A DNA stretch of 64,000 bases from Nitrosopumilus sp. (GTDB lineage: Archaea; Thermoproteota; Nitrososphaeria; Nitrososphaerales; Nitrosopumilaceae): positions 192,001 to 256,000 of the forward strand of contig OZ244732.1 of NCBI GenBank assembly GCA_965219345.1, given 5' to 3'. A program made the translations under genes and the position numbers. This document shows, in pieces, positions 56,954 to 64,000 of this stretch (within the stretch, counting starts at the first letter, position 1; each line of letters starts with the position of its first letter). The notes under the pieces were generated by a model that searched no databases, was not told where the DNA came from, and worked only from the letters and a program-made list of their open reading frames with translations.

Positions 56954-59050
56954 CTATATCAACAATATCAGAACTACGAATAGTAATCCTGCTCCAAATA
57001 CGAATAGATAGGATTGCGAGACACCAGTCTGCGTTCCCTGGACAACTTTTGCGCTCCATCCAACTGCTTTCTGGAATCCATCGTTCATACCATAATCTAT
57101 TGCTGTTCTTTCAAAGTATCTGAACACACCTCTTGCCAGCCATAATGGTGCTGCAACAAAGCACCAGTATATGACGGCATTAAGATACCATCTGTTTAAG
57201 AGAAGTTTGTGAATACCATAAAAGAACAGGTTAGAGTTAACAAATTTTACGGGATCAACCCATCTACCAATATAGAAGATGTAACCTAGTCCAGCTCCTA
57301 TTGCAAACGCTGCTAATGATGAACCAACTGCAGCAGGATTAAGCCCTTGCGGGAATGCTGGTAGAATTGACGCCTCTATTGCATAATGTTCGGTGTGTAT
57401 ACCAAAGGAATTTTCAAGATAGTCTGTAAACGTATGGTGAAGTCCTTCTTCCATTGATAATCCAATAAGACCGATTCCAATAGTAAGAACTGCAAGAATT
57501 CCATATGGGACCCACATTGATAATGGTGCTTCATGGATATGATGCCCATCTTCTTCCATCTTTTCAATGTGTCTGCTCTTCTTTCCAAAGAAGACCAATC
57601 CCATCATTCTTGTAGTATAGAAAGCGGTAATGACTGCAGTTACTACAGCAATTGTAAACAGTGGAAGTGCCCATTCATTTCCGGATTCATAGACAGCAGC
57701 AAAGATTGCATCCTTACTCCAGAAACCTGTTGTGATAAATGGAGCACCCATCAAACCAAGACCAGCTGCCCACATGAATGCATAGGTTTTCTTCATCTGT
57801 TTTCTTAGACCTCCCATATCTGTCATAAATCTAGAGCCGACAACATGCAACAGAGAACCTGCTGCCATGAATAACGAAGCTTTGAACATCGCGTGGGAAA
57901 TTAAATGGAAGAATCCTGCAGTGTAACCATCAACATATTGATAAGATAATCCTGCGACACCCAATGCCATCATCATATAACCAATTTGGGAACCAGTGGA
58001 ATAAGCAAGAACTTTCTTAATTTCAGGATTGACCATTGCTTGTGTTGCAAGCAATAGTGCCGTAATTGCGCCAACCCAAGCAACAATCTCGAAGAATTGA
58101 TCAGCAAGAATTCCTGCCGCTCCCAATGCAAATACAAGGGGGCCTATTCTTGCAACCAAGAACACGCCTGCCTTAACCATAGTCGCTGCGTGAATCAATG
58201 CAGACACGGCAGTAGGACCAGTCATTGCTTCTAACAGCCATTCATTCAGCGGGAATTGTGCTGACTTTCCAACAGCTCCTCCAAAGATTAAAACAAACGC
58301 AGGAACCAAAAGCCCTTGAGAGGCCATTGTAACTGCCCATTCAGTATCTCCGATTAATTCTTTGAATCCAAAAGTACCCGCATACAAGAATATCAGGAGC
58401 ATACCTGCAATCATCATTACATCACCAACCTTGGTCATGATGAATGCCTTCATGCCAGAATGGGTTGGAGAATAGTAATCCAACATACCAAGAACAGTAC
58501 GTCCCTCAGTACCAACATGATCTTTCTTCTTGTCACGATACCAAAAGCTGATCAATGCATACGATGCAAGACCTACACCTTCCCATCCAAAGAATACTTG
58601 AAGCAGGTTATCAGACATGACAATCAACTGCATTGAACCAATGAAGAACATCATCCAGAACCAGAATCTTGTAATGTCTTTATCGCCTTTCATGTATCCC
58701 GTACTGTAAATCAAAATGAGAAATGAAATCCAGCCAACAACGTTTGACATTATAATGGAGAGCGGATCCGCCAAGATGCCAGCCTTAAGGCCAAGTGACT
58801 CGATCCATGGAATTTGATTATGTATTTCGCCGGCCTCCAAGGCAATTGGGATCATTGATGCCGCAGATAATGTACTCATCAAAGCAAATCCAACTGCAAC
58901 ATACCCGGTTGCATGTTTTGAAAGGTTGTTAGTTGCGTGTTTGGATAATTTCCCAATTCCAGGTATGACAAGAGCTGCAACAAATGGGAGAATCCAAACT
59001 AACCAAGCACTTGTTGCCCCAATTTCAAACCCCATTAACTCAGCTGCCAT
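56954..59050 (-). CDS. nuoL: NADH-quinone oxidoreductase subunit L
   Basis: GKSAQFPL.WL.AM.GPT.VSALIHAATMV. Confidence 0.96.
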   Translation of the reverse strand: MAAELMGFEIGATSAWLVWILPFVAALVIPGIGKLSKHATNNLSKHATGYVAVGFALMSTLSAASMIPIALEAGEIHNQIPWIESLGLKAGILADPLSIIMSNVVGWISFLILIYSTGYMKGDKDITRFWFWMMFFIGSMQLIVMSDNLLQVFFGWEGVGLASYALISFWYRDKKKDHVGTEGRTVLGMLDYYSPTHSGMKAFIMTKVGDVMMIAGMLLIFLYAGTFGFKELIGDTEWAVTMASQGLLVPAFVLIFGGAVGKSAQFPLNEWLLEAMTGPTAVSALIHAATMVKAGVFLVARIGPLVFALGAAGILADQFFEIVAWVGAITALLLATQAMVNPEIKKVLAYSTGSQIGYMMMALGVAGLSYQYVDGYTAGFFHLISHAMFKASLFMAAGSLLHVVGSRFMTDMGGLRKQMKKTYAFMWAAGLGLMGAPFITTGFWSKDAIFAAVYESGNEWALPLFTIAVVTAVITAFYTTRMMGLVFFGKKSRHIEKMEEDGHHIHEAPLSMWVPYGILAVLTIGIGLIGLSMEEGLHHTFTDYLENSFGIHTEHYAIEASILPAFPQGLNPAAVGSSLAAFAIGAGLGYIFYIGRWVDPVKFVNSNLFFYGIHKLLLNRWYLNAVIYWCFVAAPLWLARGVFRYFERTAIDYGMNDGFQKAVGWSAKVVQGTQTGVSQSYLFVFGAGLLFVVLILLI

Positions 59051-59053
59051 ATT

Positions 59054-60607
59054 CTAAACCCCCAAAACCCCACTCATGTACGGAATTATTGTTTTGTAGA
59101 AGATGTCTGGATAAATTCCCAGAACAATTGAAAATCCTGCCAACACCATCATTGGTGCAGTCATGTACCAACTTCCTTCTTTTACATTTTCAAGGTGTTC
59201 AGGAGTTTTGCCGAAGAACACACGTTTCAGCATCCAGAGAAGATAAGACATTGTAAGGACAGTTGCAACAAGGCCCAAACCGAATCCTACTGCTCTAAGT
59301 GCAGAACCTTCCTCAAGTGCAGTCTCTAGTGCGCCGGCAAAGAGAATCCATTCTCCCATAAAACCACTGGTTGGCGGTATACCCATTATTGTCAAGGCAC
59401 CTATTACTGCACATACTGCTGTAATTGGCATCTTTCCAGCTAATCCTCCAAGTTTAGAGATACTTCTAGTTCCGACTTTAACGATAATAATTCCGGCCAT
59501 CATGAAGAGAATGCCCTTTCCAATAGCGTGTGTTACATACATCATCTCTGCACCTGTAAGGCCAAGTACGGAAATTGTACCAATGCCAAACAAGAGGTAA
59601 CCCATTTGGCTTATGCTAGAGTAAGCAAGAAGACGTTTCAGATCGTCTTGCATCAGTGCCATTGCACCGCCATAAATCATTGTAACAAGTCCCCAAATGT
59701 AGAACCATATTGAAAGGTCGGCAAATGTGGCAGGTAAGAATTCAACAATTAATCTGAAAATACCATAAGCACCAATTCCTATCATGGCTGGAGACAGCAG
59801 TGCACTAATTGGTGTTGGTGCAGCGCCGTGGACATATGGAAGCCAAATGTGGAACATAAAGACCGCTAGCTTAACACCAAGACCCAATGCAATCGCAACT
59901 GCGGAAAGCATTGCAATGTCCTGAGGGATTTCGGATTCATTGATATCCGCAAAGTCAAAACTTCCAACGGTAAGACCAATCATCAAAAAGCCCAACAGTA
60001 AAACAACTGCACCTGCGTGGGTCCAAAACAAGAACATCAAACCAATCTTTCTCCTATTACCTGCACCCCAAAGAGCAACTAGGAAGAAACCGGGAATCAG
60101 CATGATCTCAAAGAATACAAAGAATTCAATCAGGTTTGTTGCAAGAACGGTTCCAAGCATTCCCATTGCAAAGAGAAGATAAAGTGCAAAGTAGAGTCCT
60201 GACTTGGCATTTACATAATTTGAAAGAGCAGATGATTCAACCACCGAGGTTTGTCCACTTGTAGACGGGTTGATGCTATGTTCTTCCTCAAATTGATGGT
60301 GGAATATGTGAAGCATGTATGGTTTTGAGTAAAGTACCAGGATTGTAGATAGAACGTAAATCATTATCGCAAATGGTGATGCCAAACCATCCATCAAGAA
60401 ACCAAACTCACCAAACTGGCTTGTCCATGGATAATGTTCCTCGACAGTTCCAGAAAGTGCGGCATTAATTATTAGAATTGTGGTGTAAAGCAGGATTGCA
60501 AATGTAAACCACATTGCGGCTGTAGGACCAACCTTTCTTCCGATAATGTAAGCAACCGGAGCCAATAGGAGTGGCAGTACAACTGCCTGTAATAATGCAT
60601 ATTCCAC
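59054..60607 (-). CDS. nuoM: NADH-quinone oxidoreductase subunit M
   Basis: FFVFFE, HIWLP..H, DLKRLLAYSS, GF.GE. Confidence 0.94.
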   Translation of the reverse strand: MEYALLQAVVLPLLLAPVAYIIGRKVGPTAAMWFTFAILLYTTILIINAALSGTVEEHYPWTSQFGEFGFLMDGLASPFAIMIYVLSTILVLYSKPYMLHIFHHQFEEEHSINPSTSGQTSVVESSALSNYVNAKSGLYFALYLLFAMGMLGTVLATNLIEFFVFFEIMLIPGFFLVALWGAGNRRKIGLMFLFWTHAGAVVLLLGFLMIGLTVGSFDFADINESEIPQDIAMLSAVAIALGLGVKLAVFMFHIWLPYVHGAAPTPISALLSPAMIGIGAYGIFRLIVEFLPATFADLSIWFYIWGLVTMIYGGAMALMQDDLKRLLAYSSISQMGYLLFGIGTISVLGLTGAEMMYVTHAIGKGILFMMAGIIIVKVGTRSISKLGGLAGKMPITAVCAVIGALTIMGIPPTSGFMGEWILFAGALETALEEGSALRAVGFGLGLVATVLTMSYLLWMLKRVFFGKTPEHLENVKEGSWYMTAPMMVLAGFSIVLGIYPDIFYKTIIPYMSGVLGV

Positions 60608-60912
60608 TATCCTTTCAAACTCCTAAAGTCTGCAATATCGACATTTTGATACATGCGGTAAGCCACAATAATTAATGAAAGTCCAACTGCAACCTCTGCA
60701 GCTGCAATTGCAATTGAGAATAAGGCCAAAGTTTGACCACCGCTGTGGGGAATAAATCGGCCAAATGCGACAAGGTTGAGGTTTGCAGCGTTGATAATTA
60801 TTTCAATTGCAAAGAGCATTCGAATAAAATTACGTTTTACTGCAAGACCGTAAATTCCTATGCCCAGTAGAGCAACAGATACGAGTGTAAAGTCAATTAG
60901 TTCGTTGGTCAT
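60607..60912 (-). CDS. nuoK: NADH-quinone oxidoreductase subunit K
   Basis: IE..IN, AAAEVAVGL, LKG end. Confidence 0.95.
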   Translation of the reverse strand: MTNELIDFTLVSVALLGIGIYGLAVKRNFIRMLFAIEIIINAANLNLVAFGRFIPHSGGQTLALFSIAIAAAEVAVGLSLIIVAYRMYQNVDIADFRSLKG

Positions 60913-61405
60913 CTTCCACATCCACTCGTCTAGCTAAAACTAAAGCGCCAGTTACAGTACTTGCCAAAATTAAGCCCATCAAAATCAATGCAGGCCAGTA
61001 ATATGTTACAAAGTCTATACCAATATCTCTAAAATCAACTGGAGGTTCATCGGTAGTTATTGTTTTGATTCCAGAATCTATGAATACAGCACCCAATGAT
61101 ACCATTACTGAAAGCATCAATCCTATTCCTGCAAACTTTCTTCTCTTGTCTTCGATTTTTTTGAAGATGAGTTCTCTTTTTACCAACATTACAGTGAATA
61201 AAATTAGAACGGCAATAGAACCAACATAGACTGCAAGTTGGAACAATGCAACAAACGGTGCATCCAACAACAAGAAGAATCCAGCAATTCCGCCAAGAGA
61301 TCCCATCAAGGCAATTGAACCATAAATCAATGATCTCATTTCAAGTGCGGCAATTGCAGAACCAATTGTAATTACAGCTAAAGCAAGAAATGCAACATCA
61401 GCCAT
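60893..61405 (-). CDS. nuoJ: NADH-quinone oxidoreductase subunit J
   Basis: LL.A.FVA..Q..VYVG.IAVL.LF.VML. Confidence 0.94.
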   Translation of the reverse strand: MADVAFLALAVITIGSAIAALEMRSLIYGSIALMGSLGGIAGFFLLLDAPFVALFQLAVYVGSIAVLILFTVMLVKRELIFKKIEDKRRKFAGIGLMLSVMVSLGAVFIDSGIKTITTDEPPVDFRDIGIDFVTYYWPALILMGLILASTVTGALVLARRVDVEDDQRTN

Positions 61406-61895
61406 GTGATGCGCCTCTATCACTAATTACGATTTCACTATCTTGTGCAACGTATGGTTTTACCTGAAGTTGAGCAGGAGTGTAGATTAGACCTTCTTTA
61501 GAAAATGAAGATAGTTCATAGTCATTAGTCATATAAAGTGCATAAAACGGACATGCGTCAACACAAAGGCCACAGAAAACACATTTACCATAATCAATCT
61601 GAGGCATGATTGCTTTCTTGTTTTGTTTGTGTTCTTCCGGAACCTTTACCATTGCAATTGCTTCAGCAACTCCCTCACATGCAATGGAACATAATTGGCA
61701 ACCAGTACAGTTATCATGGAATAACATATGACGTCCCTTTAGTCCAGCAATTCCAACGCCAGTTGAGGGATCATATTGATATCCATCACCTACAAACTTT
61801 AGTTTCTCTTCAGGATAACGAAGTGTAAATCGCTTTATTGCAAGATGTTTAATTCCTGAGTTAAGTGCAAGGATAATACCCGTAGCAGTTCCCAT
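61398..61895 (-). CDS. nuoI: NADH-quinone oxidoreductase subunit I
   Basis: T.RYP, CTGCQLC..AC, CVFCGLCVDACP. Confidence 0.95.
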   Translation of the reverse strand: MGTATGIILALNSGIKHLAIKRFTLRYPEEKLKFVGDGYQYDPSTGVGIAGLKGRHMLFHDNCTGCQLCSIACEGVAEAIAMVKVPEEHKQNKKAIMPQIDYGKCVFCGLCVDACPFYALYMTNDYELSSFSKEGLIYTPAQLQVKPYVAQDSEIVISDRGASHG

Positions 61896-63193
61896 TATTG
61901 CAAACCTCCTGGTCCCAACACTCCAGCGTAAAGCAGACCCAGTGCAATAAAGATGTTAATGAAACAGAGTCCAATGAGCTTTGTCCAACCAAGATTCAAC
62001 AGCAGATCAACTCTAACTCTTGGGAACACGCCTCTTGGCAGTATTATAAAGAAGATTACTCCGACTGTTTTGAGAACAAACCAAAGTGCCCCATTAAGCA
62101 TTTCTTGTGAAAATATTGGCAATCCAGAAACTTTGAGAGTGATAGGGCCCATTTCGATTCCATCAGTAATTATTTCAGCTGGGAATGGAGGTACAACCAT
62201 TGGGCCATTCCAACCGCCAAGAAACAAGACAACAAACAAAGCTGCAAATGCATAAAGTTTCAGATAGGAGCCTAATTGAACAAGGCCATACATCATTCCA
62301 GATAGCTCTGTCAACCAGCCGGCTACAATTTCACTTTCCGCTTCTGGCAAGTCAAATGGAATTCTTTCTAATTCTGCAAGCATTGTGATAAAGAAGACAA
62401 TGGCGCCAATTGGCAAAAATATAATCCATGGAAAACTGGATTGACTTTCTGTAATTTCAGACAGGTTTAGGGTTCCAGTCAGCATGACAACCCCCAGCAA
62501 AGACAAGATTAATGGAATTTCGAATGAAACCATTTGGAACAAGGCCCGGATTCCTCCAATGAATGGGAACTTGCTGTTTGCAGACCATGCAGAAAGAATA
62601 GTAATGATTGGGAAGAATCCGATTACTGCAAATACTCCAAGTAGTCCCAAATCTATATCTGCAACTACCCAGCCGGGGGCAACGGGAATTAATGCAACAA
62701 ATGCAGCTGCAGTTGCAACAAAGAGTACTGGCGCTGCCCAGAAGATTGGCTTGTCAGCTTTGGCAGGAATGATAATTTCTTTAGAAATTAATTTTAGTCC
62801 GTCACCCATTAATTGTAAAATACCCTCAAGTTTTCCGCAGTAGAAAGGACCAACTCTTAGCTGTAGTTTTGCCATCATCTTTCTTTCAACGAAAATTGTT
62901 CCAGCAGCCAGTAATGCTGCAAAACCAAGTCCGGGAAATGCCATTACTCTAAATATGTCAGTTGTCATGAACGCTTGGATTATTGGAAGGGTACGTGAAG
63001 GATCTGCTATCCATGAATATGCAAGGAATGGGGTAAGTAGTTCTCCGTTAATTACAGGCATTTCAATTACGAACAGGATTACCATAGCTGCTGGAAGGCC
63101 AACTAAAACAAATATCATCAGGATCCAGAAGACATTATCAAATAATGATTTGATAAAATCACTCAGTTTGAATTTTGGTGCAATTAGTGACAT
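61895..63193 (-). CDS. nuoH: NADH-quinone oxidoreductase subunit H
   Basis: ERK..A..Q.R.GP, DGLKL, R.PFDLPEAESE. Confidence 0.96.
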   Translation of the reverse strand: MSLIAPKFKLSDFIKSLFDNVFWILMIFVLVGLPAAMVILFVIEMPVINGELLTPFLAYSWIADPSRTLPIIQAFMTTDIFRVMAFPGLGFAALLAAGTIFVERKMMAKLQLRVGPFYCGKLEGILQLMGDGLKLISKEIIIPAKADKPIFWAAPVLFVATAAAFVALIPVAPGWVVADIDLGLLGVFAVIGFFPIITILSAWSANSKFPFIGGIRALFQMVSFEIPLILSLLGVVMLTGTLNLSEITESQSSFPWIIFLPIGAIVFFITMLAELERIPFDLPEAESEIVAGWLTELSGMMYGLVQLGSYLKLYAFAALFVVLFLGGWNGPMVVPPFPAEIITDGIEMGPITLKVSGLPIFSQEMLNGALWFVLKTVGVIFFIILPRGVFPRVRVDLLLNLGWTKLIGLCFINIFIALGLLYAGVLGPGGLQ

Positions 63194-64000
63194 TTACCTA
63201 TCTGCCTCCACTGGCCAATAATTAAGGCTCCAATAAACTGCTGGCATGTTACCAAGTTTTTCGCCCTTGAGAAGATATGGCAGTGCAATCAGGTTTCTAA
63301 ACGAACCAACACTCAACTTTAATCTGTATGGTTCCGGTTTGGCATCAGAGACAATATAGCAGCCTAAAGAGCCTCTGCCAGATTCCACGCGTTTGTATAC
63401 TGTATCAAACACTTTCCCCTTTGGATTTGGTTTCAGTTTAACCCTAACAGAACCGGACTTTGGCATTCTTTCTAATGCATGTCTAATTATTCTACAACTT
63501 TCCATCATATCAAGCCATGGTACTTTAGATCTTGCATAAGAGTCTCCTTCTTTCATCACAATAGTTTCGAAATCCAGCTCATCATAGACATCATAAGGCT
63601 CCTTCTTTCTTACATCATAATCAATACCACTTGCACGAAGCACAGAACCAGTCGTTCCAAGTTTAATTGCATCTTGTCGTGACAGTACGCCGGTATCTTT
63701 GGTTCTCGAAATTAGAATTGGGTTATCATAAAAGACTGCGGCATATTCTTTGATACGTTTTTCAAAATAGTTGACTTGACGTAGACAAACATCTTCAAAG
63801 TTTGCAGGTAAGTCATTCCTAATTCCGCCAGGAACAAAATGTGAGTGTGTGACTCTGGCACCAGTCATTTTTTCCATCAGATCAATTAGGAGTTCACGAT
63901 CACCTGCAGGCCACATGAACATTGTGGAATGTCCTAAGAAGATTCCATAAATTGCAAGCCAATACATTATGTAAATACATCTGTTTATCTCAGCTCCGAT
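63194..64000 (-). CDS. nuoD: NADH-quinone oxidoreductase subunit D (5' end beyond window)
   Basis: TGAR, PGG, G..LRASG, GDSYAR, ES.RG, EADR C-terminus. Confidence 0.95.
   Translation of the reverse strand: MGAEINRCIYIMYWLAIYGIFLGHSTMFMWPAGDRELLIDLMEKMTGARVTHSHFVPGGIRNDLPANFEDVCLRQVNYFEKRIKEYAAVFYDNPILISRTKDTGVLSRQDAIKLGTTGSVLRASGIDYDVRKKEPYDVYDELDFETIVMKEGDSYARSKVPWLDMMESCRIIRHALERMPKSGSVRVKLKPNPKGKVFDTVYKRVESGRGSLGCYIVSDAKPEPYRLKLSVGSFRNLIALPYLLKGEKLGNMPAVYWSLNYWPVEADR

Noticed and set aside
55459-64000. nuoM before nuoL and absence of nuoEFG as a novelty
   Set aside because: This is the established thaumarchaeal complex I arrangement.

Overview
This is an archaeal window from an ammonia-oxidising Nitrosopumilaceae (Thaumarchaeota) genome, probably host- or sponge-associated (inference from a liv transporter, a giant surface protein and GC-rich IS relics). 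It has five parts. (1) 1-9576: a giant, GC-rich, secreted repeat protein on the minus strand, missing from the ORF track because it runs off the left edge. It is built of Ig/SwmB-like domains with inserted 5-repeat beta-propellers, and a G11/(TG)5 slippage tract lies at its 5' end. (2) AT-rich core genes: glmS, cobT, nnrE, liv ABC transporter, rpo10-eno-rps2-mvk-ipk-idi-GGPPS-gltX, corA, tal/tkt/tkt-rpe, 5S rRNA, ABCE1, pyrE and four tRNAs. (3) 18.8-21.0 kb: a compact IS6-type (SWIM-DDE) element. It carries a canonical two-guide box C/D RNA in the transposase leader, a tiny toxin/antitoxin-like pair and a divergent zinc-ribbon microprotein. This is the most striking candidate for an undescribed system. 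(4) 44.9-53.6 kb: a decaying island ending at tRNA-Ile, with IS5 and IS66 relics, an HNH nuclease, a purD and a DUF4145 pseudogene. It includes a 37-bp repeat / 36-bp insert / 37-bp repeat inside an IS copy that looks like ectopic CRISPR spacer integration. (5) The nuoD-H-I-J-K-M-L-N genes. All calls come from reading the sequence and recalling family motifs; no searches were run.
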